Origin: Candidatus Woesearchaeota archaeon
Lineage (GTDB): Archaea > Nanobdellota > Nanobdellia > SCGC-AAA011-G17 > JACPNG01
DNA: 61,172 bases
Assembly: GCA_964455655.1 (NCBI GenBank)
Contig: CAYVWZ010000001.1
Coordinates: 58,825-119,996 of the forward strand
Direction of reading: 5' to 3'
Shown: positions 29,269-38,586 of the stretch, piece by piece
Layout: each line of letters starts with the position of its first letter
Numbering within the stretch: position 1 is the stretch's first letter
Notes under the pieces: model-generated
What the model saw: the letters and a program-made list of their open reading frames with translations, nothing else
Database searches by the model: none
Told to the model about the DNA's origin: nothing
Made by a program: the position numbers and the translations under genes

Positions 29269-29664
29269 ATGCAAGTAAAACATAGTGCTCTTAAAATTGT
29301 GCTTGTTATCGGAGCATTATTTTATCTCTTTGGAGCTGTTGTTCACTTCTTTGGACTGAGCATATTTCCCTTTTATGATAACAATCTCTATTCCCCCTAC
29401 CATGATACACTCCTCGCGCTTGCATCATTCTTTATCGCACTGTTTATCTTAACCGTAGCGAGAGACCCTCTAAAAAATAAAGACACACTCATCATTATCA
29501 TTGTAGGAATATTTATTGCCTCCCTCGCGAGCATTCTCATACCTCTAAAAATTAATTTTGCTGAATTAGGTGCACCAGCAAAAGAAACACAGACCATTGT
29601 AGAAGGAGTACTAGGACTACTCTATGCAGGACTCTTACTCTGGCTCTATCCTAGAAAGAAATAA
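29269..29664 (+). CDS. Hypothetical 4-TM membrane protein
   Basis: Four hydrophobic segments; start uncertain (29227 or 29269). Confidence 0.65.
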   Translation: MQVKHSALKIVLVIGALFYLFGAVVHFFGLSIFPFYDNNLYSPYHDTLLALASFFIALFILTVARDPLKNKDTLIIIIVGIFIASLASILIPLKINFAELGAPAKETQTIVEGVLGLLYAGLLLWLYPRKK

Positions 29665-29724
29665 CCCTACATAAACTATTTAAGGAGAATACTGCATTCA
29701 TAAGCAAGAAAGGAGGAATTATCA

Positions 29725-29802
29725 ATGGCAACAAAAAAAGCTAAGCCTACCACCAAAAAAACTATTAAAAAATCACCAAACATCTGTATTGATTGTGATT
29801 AA
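29725..29802 (+). CDS. Small Lys-rich peptide with C-terminal CxxC (MATKKAKPTTKKTIKKSPNICIDCD)
   Basis: AGGAGG SD 8 nt before the ATG, TATTTAAG box upstream; absent from the ORF track because of its size. Confidence 0.55.
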   Translation: MATKKAKPTTKKTIKKSPNICIDCD

Positions 29803-29806
29803 ACTT

Positions 29807-31723
29807 TTATTGCGTAGGCTCCACCAAGAATACCATACGGACGCCACGCACTTTATTCTTAACCTGCACAATTGCTAATGCAACTTGATCAAGACCATCA
29901 GGAATAAACCCAATATCACATTCCACAATACCATCGCCAACAGCCTTTGCAGAAGCTGGATCAATATTAATACTTAATCCTGAAACAACACTGAGAATAT
30001 CAGCAAAGACCCCTAAACGATCTTCTACAACAACCCTCATCGTAATCCTCCCTTGATACTGCGCATTCCAAGAAGCAGTTAAGAGACTCTTCCTTGACTT
30101 TACAGATAAATGATCGCAACCCTTTACATGGACGGCATACTGATCGTTCGAAGAGAGATATGCTACAAGAGGCTGATTAGGAACGGGATGACAGCACCGC
30201 GAAAGTTTAATATGAGCATGAGGAACATTCTGAACTAAGACAAGACCCTCACCAAAAGAACGAGGAGGGATCTTACCTGTTGACGCAGGAAGTTGGCCAT
30301 GCTCACGTAAAAACTGACGGATTTTAGCTTTTGCCTGAGCAGTCTTTACAAATTTTAACCAATCACGATTAGGAGTAGCATTCTTACCTGTTAAAATATT
30401 AACAATCTCACCCGTTTTTAGTTCATAACGCAATGGAACCATACGACCATTTACCACTGCACCCGTAGCATGATCACCAATACTTGAATGAATCTTATAT
30501 GCAAAATCAATTGTTGAAGAACCCTTAGGAAGAGAGACAACATCCCCCTTCGGAGTCATAATATACACCTCATCATCAAACAAATCAATCTTTAAGAAAT
30601 CCATAAACTCAGCAGTATTTTGAGACTGTTGTTGGAATTCAAGAATATCTCTCAACCATGACAACTTCTTATCAAACTTCTTATCACCCTCAAGATGCTT
30701 ATATGACCAATGAGCAGCAATACCCTCCTCAGCAATCATATGCATATCCCTCGTACGAATTTGAAACTCAACAGGCTGCTTCAATGCAACAACAGCAGTA
30801 TGAAGTGATTGATAGAGATTCTTCTTTGGAGTAGCAATATAATCTTTAAACTTACCCTGAATAGGAGGCCAAATACTATGAATAATACCTAAAATTTCAT
30901 AACATTCCTTCACCGAATCAGTAATAACTCTTAATCCAATAAGATCATTGACTTCCTCAAACGTACGATTCTTCGTAATCATTTTTTTGTAAATACTATA
31001 GAAATGCTTAGGACGACCAACAATCTCAGCCTTAATACCATGAGCATCTAACTTTGCTTGTAATAATTCCTTAATACCCTTAATATCATTCTCTCGATCT
31101 TTTCTCGTCTTCCCAAAACGTTGCTTAAACTTTTGATAAATCTCAGGCTCTAAGACCTTAAAACTCAAATCTTCTAACTCCCACTTTAGAGAAGCAAGCC
31201 CTAAACGATACGCAAGAGGAGCATACACATTCAAATTCTCACGAGCAATACGCACTTGACGATCCCTCGGAAGCGCATCTAACGTTCGCATATTATGCAA
31301 TTTATCAGCTAGCTTAATCAATACCACACGCAAATCTTTAACAGAAGCAAGCAATAATTTACGAACAGACTCAGCATCCTCCTCTTCAACAGAAGTAGGC
31401 TTTAATTGCTTCATTTTTGTCACACCATCAACAAGCATAGCAATCTCATCAGAAAAATCACGACGAATATCAGCCAATGAATACTTTGTATCTTCAATAG
31501 TATCATGCAAGAGAGCAGCAGCTAATGTAGACTTGTCCATACGTAGTTTTGCTAACGTTAAGGTAACCGCAAGAGGATGACTAATATATGGCTCGCCAGA
31601 AACACGCTTAGCACCCTTGTGAAGCTCATCAGCCTTCATATAGGCACGCTGAACAATATCAACATCCTTCGGAGAGAGATATTTTACTAATTCTTGTCGT
31701 AGGTCATCAAAAGTCATGTGCAA
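29807..31723 (-). CDS. rel: Long RelA/SpoT homologue ((p)ppGpp synthetase/hydrolase with TGS, ZFD and ACT domains)
   Basis: HD domain ALLHDTIEDT, IKLADKLHNMRTL; synthetase GRPKHFYSIYKKM, KFKDYIA, YQSLHT, EFQIRT; TGS DFAYKIHS; CCHPVP; ACT DRLGVFADI. Confidence 0.95.
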   Translation of the reverse strand: MHMTFDDLRQELVKYLSPKDVDIVQRAYMKADELHKGAKRVSGEPYISHPLAVTLTLAKLRMDKSTLAAALLHDTIEDTKYSLADIRRDFSDEIAMLVDGVTKMKQLKPTSVEEEDAESVRKLLLASVKDLRVVLIKLADKLHNMRTLDALPRDRQVRIARENLNVYAPLAYRLGLASLKWELEDLSFKVLEPEIYQKFKQRFGKTRKDRENDIKGIKELLQAKLDAHGIKAEIVGRPKHFYSIYKKMITKNRTFEEVNDLIGLRVITDSVKECYEILGIIHSIWPPIQGKFKDYIATPKKNLYQSLHTAVVALKQPVEFQIRTRDMHMIAEEGIAAHWSYKHLEGDKKFDKKLSWLRDILEFQQQSQNTAEFMDFLKIDLFDDEVYIMTPKGDVVSLPKGSSTIDFAYKIHSSIGDHATGAVVNGRMVPLRYELKTGEIVNILTGKNATPNRDWLKFVKTAQAKAKIRQFLREHGQLPASTGKIPPRSFGEGLVLVQNVPHAHIKLSRCCHPVPNQPLVAYLSSNDQYAVHVKGCDHLSVKSRKSLLTASWNAQYQGRITMRVVVEDRLGVFADILSVVSGLSINIDPASAKAVGDGIVECDIGFIPDGLDQVALAIVQVKNKVRGVRMVFLVEPTQ

Positions 31724-31750
31724 AAATAAAATTAAAGGTTGTTTATATAG

Positions 31751-32083
31751 CTACTGACTTTTTGGGAGAAGCTTTTTTGCTATATCATTACATGGAGTGC
31801 TATCAATCTCAAACAAACCTTCTAAGGGAGAAGTTTGGGATACTCCATCAGGAGTAACAGTAACACGCGAATAACAAACTCTTATCCTTGGAGGAGTCCC
31901 ATTAACTTGAGGGATCATACTAAAAACTAAATATTCTCCTGAAGGATTTTTACCTCTTCCAGGCCCTCTATAGAGTTGAAGCCTCGATGGAGTATTAACA
32001 TCAATTCCTGGAGAAACTCTATATCGCTCTTCACTAAACCTTTCTGCTAATGGTCTAAAATGATCATTGACAATGCCATTCAT
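31751..32083 (-). CDS. Hypothetical protein (orphan-like)
   Basis: 110-aa ORF filling the gap, AT-rich box upstream. Confidence 0.55.
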   Translation of the reverse strand: MNGIVNDHFRPLAERFSEERYRVSPGIDVNTPSRLQLYRGPGRGKNPSGEYLVFSMIPQVNGTPPRIRVCYSRVTVTPDGVSQTSPLEGLFEIDSTPCNDIAKKLLPKSQ

Positions 32084-32124
32084 ACCTTTTGGATAACGCT
32101 AAAAATATAAAAATCTATCTTTGC

Positions 32125-33213
32125 TTATTTCTCAGTTTTATTCTCAACTTCAAGATTCTTAGGACGAGTCCCAACAATTACAGCAAGAGGAATAGTCCTA
32201 TTCTCACGCATAACAAGAACATCAACAACAGTTCCAGGAGGAACAAATGCAATATAATTACGCAACTGATTACTATCAATAACTTTCATACCATCAATTT
32301 CAACAACAGTATCATTTACTTTTAAGCCACCATTCGCAGCAGGACTATCAGGAGAAACTTCAACAATTCTTGCACCATTAGGAATACGACCATTACCATT
32401 TTCATCAATTTCACGAGGATCACTAATCATCACACCAAAATATCCGCGCTCAACGGTACCGTTCATAACCAAACGATCAACAATAACCTTAACCATATTA
32501 CTTGGAATAGCAAAACCTAACTCTCCTGTACGCTCACGAGAAACAATAAATGTTGCAATACCAATTAATTCACCATCCATATTAATCAACGGACCACCAG
32601 AATTTCCAGGATTAATAGAAGCATCAGTTTGTAAATAATCACGATATTCAGTAGGCCCATCATCACGATTCTTACCACTAATAATACCAGAAGTTACTGT
32701 AAAATCATAACCAAAAGGACTCCCAATAGCAATTACTGGCTCACCAATTTCAACACGTTCAGAATCACCAAACTTGAAAGGAGTAAGATCGTGAGCATTA
32801 ATACGAAGAACCGCTAAATCGGTCTCTTCATCAATACCAACAATTTGAGGATTATAAATTTCTTTGTTATATAACCTTATAGAAATATTTTTAGCATCTT
32901 CAATAACATGATAATTTGTAACAATTAATCCATCACTCGAAATAATTGCCCCAGAACCTTGAGAAAGTGAGGCATTAGGGCCACTACCAGAAGCTGCAAC
33001 AATATACACAACAGAAGGAATTGCCTTTTGAGAAACAGACTCAATAGTATCTGCATTACTTACATAGGTAACATCACCATTAGTATCAGAAGAACCAAGT
33101 GAAGGTAAAATATTTGTGCGTTGAGAAGCAAACAATACTAATGCAAGAACATTAATCACCACAAGAATCCCAATAACAGTCCACAATACCTTTCGTTCAG
33201 CTTTCCATCTCAT
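32125..33213 (-). CDS. htrA: HtrA/DegP-family serine protease, membrane-anchored, one PDZ domain
   Basis: TNYHV, TDLAV, QTDASINPGNSGGPL, PDZ SPAANGGLKVND. Confidence 0.93.
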   Translation of the reverse strand: MRWKAERKVLWTVIGILVVINVLALVLFASQRTNILPSLGSSDTNGDVTYVSNADTIESVSQKAIPSVVYIVAASGSGPNASLSQGSGAIISSDGLIVTNYHVIEDAKNISIRLYNKEIYNPQIVGIDEETDLAVLRINAHDLTPFKFGDSERVEIGEPVIAIGSPFGYDFTVTSGIISGKNRDDGPTEYRDYLQTDASINPGNSGGPLINMDGELIGIATFIVSRERTGELGFAIPSNMVKVIVDRLVMNGTVERGYFGVMISDPREIDENGNGRIPNGARIVEVSPDSPAANGGLKVNDTVVEIDGMKVIDSNQLRNYIAFVPPGTVVDVLVMRENRTIPLAVIVGTRPKNLEVENKTEK

Positions 33214-33279
33214 AATCTTACCGAGAGAGCACCCTTTTTAAAGATATATTCAATAAAATCAAGAGGAATCTTTCATAAC

Positions 33280-34071
33280 TTAATGCAGACCTAAGAACTT
33301 CAAAAAACGAGAAAACCTTGTTTTTACCACTTCAGAGACTGGTTCTGTCTCCTTTATAGAATACGCAAGACCAGCCATTTTTGACGCCAACTCTGTATAT
33401 CTCTGAGCAACAACTGAATCAGGGTGCGTATAAATAATATTATCACGCATTGCATGACTCTCTTTGACTTCACGAGATTCAGGAATAACCGCAAGAACAT
33501 TCTCCTCAAGAATATGCTCAATATTATCAATAGAAACCTCATCATCTTCTCCACGATGACGCGTAACAACAACACCTAAAATTTTCTTATGCATTTCCTT
33601 TGCAACATTGATTGTTTTCAACGCATCAGCAAGCGCAGACATTTCAGCATTCGTAACAATAATTATTTCATTCGCAGCATCTAATGCCAAGAGCGCTTCT
33701 CTTCCAAGACCTGCAGCTGAATCAATTAAAACATAATCAGTAACACCTTTCAACCCCATAATCGCATCCTTTAATTTTGAAGGATTTGTTTTCTTCAACA
33801 CTTCTAAATTAATACTTGCAGGAACAACCTTCAAACCAGAGGGATGAATATAGACCGCTTCAGAAATATGATTTTCACCTTGTAACACTTCATGTAAACT
33901 TACAGGAACAATAGGGCTCCCCAAATAAATACCAACATTAGGCGTTGTTAAATTAGCATCTAATACCGTAACATCTTTTCCTAACGAGGCTAATGCACAA
34001 CCGAGAGAAATAGTAGTCGTTGTTTTTGCAACACCACCTTTTCCGCCTGTTACCAGAATAAATCGTGTCAT
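33280..34071 (-). CDS. minD: MinD-family ATPase
   Basis: GGKGGVAKTT, LDANLTTPN, LIDSAAGLG, VLAVIPE. Confidence 0.88.
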   Translation of the reverse strand: MTRFILVTGGKGGVAKTTTTISLGCALASLGKDVTVLDANLTTPNVGIYLGSPIVPVSLHEVLQGENHISEAVYIHPSGLKVVPASINLEVLKKTNPSKLKDAIMGLKGVTDYVLIDSAAGLGREALLALDAANEIIIVTNAEMSALADALKTINVAKEMHKKILGVVVTRHRGEDDEVSIDNIEHILEENVLAVIPESREVKESHAMRDNIIYTHPDSVVAQRYTELASKMAGLAYSIKETEPVSEVVKTRFSRFLKFLGLH

Positions 34072-34114
34072 CCAACCATAAACGATGGCTAGAACCTTTT
34101 AAATGTTTCTGAGA

Positions 34115-34579
34115 TTATGCTTCTTTCTTAAACCCTTGAGAAGCAGTCCATTCTTGGGAAAATGCATAAAATTCTTTTGTTTGATTAAAAAATTCCATTA
34201 AACGCTCTTGATTCACTTCAACCTTATCAGCAATGAGCGTAACATTCTTACGATATTCTTCCCTTCCCGTAATAGTAGCATTAGAAATTGTAATGAGCAT
34301 CCTATAAAGCCTAATCCAATTCTTCACATGTTTATCATTTTTGAAAATTTTATCTTCTAATAATTTAGCTTTTTCGAGACTGGTACGAGGAAGAACATCA
34401 ATCATCTTCTTTTTCTTTGCAACCTCTAGAATATCATCAAAAATATAGTGAATAGCCTCAATAAGACGTTGAATCGTATTAAGAATAACATCAGCAGTTC
34501 TTGTATACTTCAATGTTACATAAATCAGGTGGTCCACACGCTGTAATTGTCCCTTTGCTGTTTCAGTATCTTCCAACAT
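34115..34579 (-). CDS. Hypothetical helical protein (probable paralogue of 34563-35045)
   Basis: RVDHLIYVT motif near the N-terminus. Confidence 0.65.
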   Translation of the reverse strand: MLEDTETAKGQLQRVDHLIYVTLKYTRTADVILNTIQRLIEAIHYIFDDILEVAKKKKMIDVLPRTSLEKAKLLEDKIFKNDKHVKNWIRLYRMLITISNATITGREEYRKNVTLIADKVEVNQERLMEFFNQTKEFYAFSQEWTASQGFKKEA

Positions 34580-35045
34580 TCACTAGTACCTTGTTTACCT
34601 TCTCAATGAAAGGCTTTGATAGAGTAAGATAATTTTTAACGCTTTCTATTGTGATTGATTTCATTCTGTAATCATCCTCAAATATTACTAGTTTATCACG
34701 CTTTGCTATTTGCATTGCACTTTTCCTATTAAACTCTAATAATCTCTGAATATCAATCAACATAACCATCACTTCTCTATTGAAATTGTATCTTTCTGCA
34801 CATTTTGTCTTAAACACGTCTATACGGGTCATTAAGTCAGAAGTATGAGGAGGAACACGCTTAAACATACGCTCATAAAGCAATATAGCATCCATTCCCG
34901 CTGAAACACCAACAAAAATGTCCTCTATAATACTCAATAAGAGCTTTGGCTCACGAACCGTAGGATAGGTCGTATATGCTAGATGATCAGCAGTAGAAAG
35001 CTTGTTATTTGCAATACCCACAAGAGCCTGAATCCTATCTTCCAT
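34563..35045 (-). CDS. Hypothetical helical protein (probable paralogue of 34115-34579)
   Basis: TADHLAYTT motif near the N-terminus. Confidence 0.65.
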   Translation of the reverse strand: MEDRIQALVGIANNKLSTADHLAYTTYPTVREPKLLLSIIEDIFVGVSAGMDAILLYERMFKRVPPHTSDLMTRIDVFKTKCAERYNFNREVMVMLIDIQRLLEFNRKSAMQIAKRDKLVIFEDDYRMKSITIESVKNYLTLSKPFIEKVNKVLVNVGRY

Positions 35046-35083
35046 AACCTGGCCACAAGAAGTCGGAATTAATAAGGATTATG

Positions 35084-35413
35084 TTACTCTTCTTGAAGCT
35101 TCAAAATAGCAGCAGCAAGATCCCCTTCTTCTTCAAGAGCTTGTTTTGCTGCTTTTTCAGAACAACCCGTCTGTTCCATAACCGTCTTGATATCTTCTTT
35201 AGAAAATAACTCTTTAGCCCTTATTCTTACTTCACCAACAATTTGAAAGGTCTCTTGACCCATCATGTTAACTTTGGTAACTTGAGGATTCTCAATAATC
35301 ATTTCTTCTGAAGAAGTACGAATAATAACTTCCGTAGCATCAATCTCTTCTTGCTTGATACCAAGCTTTTTCATCGCTTTTTCCATCTCACGAGGATTCA
35401 TACCGGGAAACAT
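35084..35413 (-). CDS. nac: Nascent polypeptide-associated complex protein
   Basis: MNPREMEKAMKKLGI, MMGQETFQIVG, UBA EDIKTVMEQTG...GDLAAAIL. Confidence 0.95.
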   Translation of the reverse strand: MFPGMNPREMEKAMKKLGIKQEEIDATEVIIRTSSEEMIIENPQVTKVNMMGQETFQIVGEVRIRAKELFSKEDIKTVMEQTGCSEKAAKQALEEEGDLAAAILKLQEE

Positions 35414-35450
35414 AAGAAAGTTTAGAAATTAAGTGTATAAAAATGTTAGC

Positions 35451-35744
35451 TTATTCTGATTTTATGATCACAAACCCATTAGCTCTTGCACGGGCAAGTT
35501 CAGACTGAATAACTGCTGGATCATCACGATCGATGAGAGGAAGATCGGGACGAATTTGTATATGATCATAGGTAGTCTCTCCAATAATAACACCACCAGA
35601 AACTGCCCACCCACATAAACCTCTTGCTACATAATACTCTTGTTCTGTTCTATAACCACCTGAGAAATCACGCACCTTACACGGTCCTTCAGAAGAATCT
35701 TTAAAATCGCATAATTTACAAAACGTATCAATTGTCATGTTCAT
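35451..35744 (-). CDS. Hypothetical protein (orphan-like, Cys motif CKLC)
   Basis: ATG overlaps the secG stop. Confidence 0.55.
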   Translation of the reverse strand: MNMTIDTFCKLCDFKDSSEGPCKVRDFSGGYRTEQEYYVARGLCGWAVSGGVIIGETTYDHIQIRPDLPLIDRDDPAVIQSELARARANGFVIIKSE

Positions 35745-35896
35745 AATAAATAATGAGCAAGTAATGCAAGAACAGTAATTACCACAATAATACCCACTAC
35801 TACTTTCGGAGGAATTTCTATCTTACTCTTATAATCGTCAAAATAACGAATAATTCCTCCACCACTAGAGGGCATTTGAATTCTGTCGTCTGCCAT
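35741..35896 (-). CDS. secG: Preprotein translocase subunit Sec61beta/SecG
   Basis: MPSSGGGIIRYFDD, I.IPPKVVV, single TM; start ATG 35896. Confidence 0.9.
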   Translation of the reverse strand: MADDRIQMPSSGGGIIRYFDDYKSKIEIPPKVVVGIIVVITVLALLAHYLL

Positions 35897-35927
35897 ACTC
35901 TTTCTGACTTTCAAGGGTTTAAAAAGG

Positions 35928-36803
35928 TTACTCCCTCGCAACCTCTAACAAACTCAACCTTGGCAATACACGAGCTTCAGATCCTTGATGCATCCTTGGG
36001 GCTCCATTCCATGAAGACCAACGAGAACGAACACAGGACTTTAATCTCTCATTATACGAAGTAATAGCACCAACATGCTTTTCAAATAATCCTAGCCCCG
36101 CAGTTAAGTACACACTCGTAATATGTGTAGGACCAAGAACCCTCAACTCTTTCTGCATATTACGACCTGCGTCTGTTGCCATCATGTACGTAACAAAGAC
36201 ATCCGTATGAGAATGATGAGCACCTTCTAATACTTCAGCAGAACGTTCTAATCCTTCCATTTGCGTATGCAACCCTTCATACTTTTTCTTTTTCTCATAC
36301 AAATCCATACGCAATGCACGCAATTTCATGCGCGCCTCAACACCTTCACGAAAAGAAGGCTTTTCTTTTAACAACGCTTCAACCTCACCACACTCCTGAG
36401 AACGAGAACGAATACCTTCTTCAAGATCATCATATACTTCACCAATAGCAAGAACTTGCTCATACCGTTCACGAACTAATTCACGAATACCAACACCATC
36501 CCTATGATGCAAATGACATAATCCATCAAGCTCAACATTCATATACCCTAGAGAGCTCATCATAACATCATACACACTATGCAAATCGCTCGCATTAGAA
36601 CCATCAAAGACCGCTTGGCGTAACCTCCCAACAGTTCTTCCCATTATGGAAGGACTTAAGACACGCTGAACAATACGATCATACTTACGCAATGAAGCAT
36701 CAAACGTTCTTGATTCTTGCATAATCCTTTGCAATGAACTACCCTCATCAATGCGCGCATTATCAGTCGTGACGAGAGCACTTGTTTCCATATCGTAAGA
36801 CAT
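35928..36803 (-). CDS. Hypothetical coiled-coil protein
   Basis: GGAGGTGA SD before ATG 36803; heptad-rich E/R helices. Confidence 0.65.
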   Translation of the reverse strand: MSYDMETSALVTTDNARIDEGSSLQRIMQESRTFDASLRKYDRIVQRVLSPSIMGRTVGRLRQAVFDGSNASDLHSVYDVMMSSLGYMNVELDGLCHLHHRDGVGIRELVRERYEQVLAIGEVYDDLEEGIRSRSQECGEVEALLKEKPSFREGVEARMKLRALRMDLYEKKKKYEGLHTQMEGLERSAEVLEGAHHSHTDVFVTYMMATDAGRNMQKELRVLGPTHITSVYLTAGLGLFEKHVGAITSYNERLKSCVRSRWSSWNGAPRMHQGSEARVLPRLSLLEVARE

Positions 36804-36966
36804 ATTCATCACCTCCATGATGATACTTATACTGAGCATCAGGAATACGCTCTTCACAAGGAGATTCATACTTCGGTTTAGGAGTATCCACACACGCATC
36901 ACAAGAGTTTCCCAGAGTAGCACCCATAACAAACACTAACGGATACACTAATTTTTCTAAACTCAT
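36763..36966 (-). CDS. Small exported Cys-containing protein
   Basis: GGAGGTGA SD; hydrophobic N-terminus followed by SCDAC. Confidence 0.5.
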   Translation of the reverse strand: MSLEKLVYPLVFVMGATLGNSCDACVDTPKPKYESPCEERIPDAQYKYHHGGDEYVLRYGNKCSRHD

Positions 36967-37475
36967 TCTTCACCTCCAAACTCATGAAGATAGGAACGCA
37001 CTTCACCAACCTTTTGACGAACAATATTTTGAACAGAATCACGAACAATTCTTGAACGAACACTCATTGGAAGAGAATCCCAAATCTTTTCAGGACCTAA
37101 TTGCTCAACAACATCAGCACGCTCTTGAGGAGAATAAGAATTCCATTCTGCATAGAGCAAACGAGCTTTTTCATCATGAGAAGCATGAGACCATGCATGA
37201 TAGACATCACCAATAACAACATCATTATCACGCTCCACAATTTCATAACCAACATCGCCATCTTTTAAGAAAAACCCAAGACCCTGATCAGTTTTTTGTG
37301 CAACAATCTCTAATGAGAATGCTCTTTCTTTCTGAACAAAACTTGGAGCAACTGCATCATGACGAAAACGCCAATTGAGTACTTCTCTACGAAGAGGTTC
37401 GTATCCTTGATACATACCTGCTGCGCCTACTACTGCTCCAACAGCAATGCTAGCCATATACTTTTTGAATGTCAT
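36963..37475 (-). CDS. Hypothetical protein with N-terminal membrane anchor
   Basis: MTFKKY plus hydrophobic helix; stop overlaps the next start. Confidence 0.65.
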   Translation of the reverse strand: MTFKKYMASIAVGAVVGAAGMYQGYEPLRREVLNWRFRHDAVAPSFVQKERAFSLEIVAQKTDQGLGFFLKDGDVGYEIVERDNDVVIGDVYHAWSHASHDEKARLLYAEWNSYSPQERADVVEQLGPEKIWDSLPMSVRSRIVRDSVQNIVRQKVGEVRSYLHEFGGEE

Positions 37476-37600
37476 AAGAACACTAAGAGTAAAGCTCTTA
37501 AAGTGCCTTTATGAGAGAAAACAGAAAGAAACATCACCTCTTTTGAAAAAACAAAGGAAAACACTAACAGTTTACAAAAAAAATAAACGTATACAACACG

Positions 37601-38215
37601 ATGAACCTCAAGAAAACTATAGGAAAACACATTGAACAAGGCATGTTACGAGATTTAAAAAAAACCTTGAAAGAAAGTGTTGAACCATACCTTAAACCAG
37701 GAATAAAAATATTAGATATTGGCTGTGAAAAGAATGGAAGCATAGAATACAACGAAATAGAAATACCCTTTACCCTTATAGGATACGACTCATCAGCAGA
37801 AGACATACGTTTATTCAACGAAAAATTTGCAAATAAAAAACCAACCACAAAAGTCATCAATATTGAAACACTCTCTAAACTACCTGAAACCTATGATATT
37901 ATTATGTTCTCAGGAGTGATACAATACTTACACCACCCCAACAAAACACTTACCATAATCTATAATGCATTAAATCCAAATGGAATTTTTGTGATTGCAA
38001 CACTCAACAATAATAATTGGTTGCGAAGATTACATGTTATCTCAAGAAGAATAAAAACAGAAGCAGGAGAACAACACATTTACTCTGACAAAGAATTAGA
38101 AGATATACTCATAAAAAACAAATTCCGTATCATAACAAAGAAATCATCAGACATTATAGCATTACCAAGAACTATACAAACAAACTTGATCTATGTGTGC
38201 ACGAGGGAACCATGA
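37601..38215 (+). CDS. Class I SAM-dependent methyltransferase
   Basis: ILDIGC, IGYDSS, YDIIMFSGVIQYL, LNPNGIF. Confidence 0.8.
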   Translation: MNLKKTIGKHIEQGMLRDLKKTLKESVEPYLKPGIKILDIGCEKNGSIEYNEIEIPFTLIGYDSSAEDIRLFNEKFANKKPTTKVINIETLSKLPETYDIIMFSGVIQYLHHPNKTLTIIYNALNPNGIFVIATLNNNNWLRRLHVISRRIKTEAGEQHIYSDKELEDILIKNKFRIITKKSSDIIALPRTIQTNLIYVCTREP

Positions 38216-38544
38216 ACATCTTCAGAAAAATGGGAATGTACCTTGATGCCTACCTTAAAGGAGTTATTATTGAAGGCACTATTGAACATAAAACACGAAG
38301 AGGAAATGAAGTTTATTTCTGCCTCCAAGACGATGACGGAGAACGATACTTATTTGGAGAAAGCATTCTTAACGGCGATGACACACTCCTTGTAACCATG
38401 AAAGAAGGAGATCATGTACGCGTAAGAGTAGAAAACGGACTCTTCAGCAGACCATTTAATTTTTCATTAGAAGCACAACAAGTTGAAGGATTCATGCACG
38501 TACGCACATTACGATGCGAAGAACTAGAAAAACGCCTCTCTTAA
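38212..38544 (+). CDS. Hypothetical protein (possible OB-like beta fold)
   Basis: ATG overlaps the upstream stop; beta-rich, EGDHVRVRV. Confidence 0.55.
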   Translation: MNIFRKMGMYLDAYLKGVIIEGTIEHKTRRGNEVYFCLQDDDGERYLFGESILNGDDTLLVTMKEGDHVRVRVENGLFSRPFNFSLEAQQVEGFMHVRTLRCEELEKRLS

Positions 38545-38586
38545 CACAAACTTTTAATACTTATACTCAAGTAGCTATTTGAAAAG

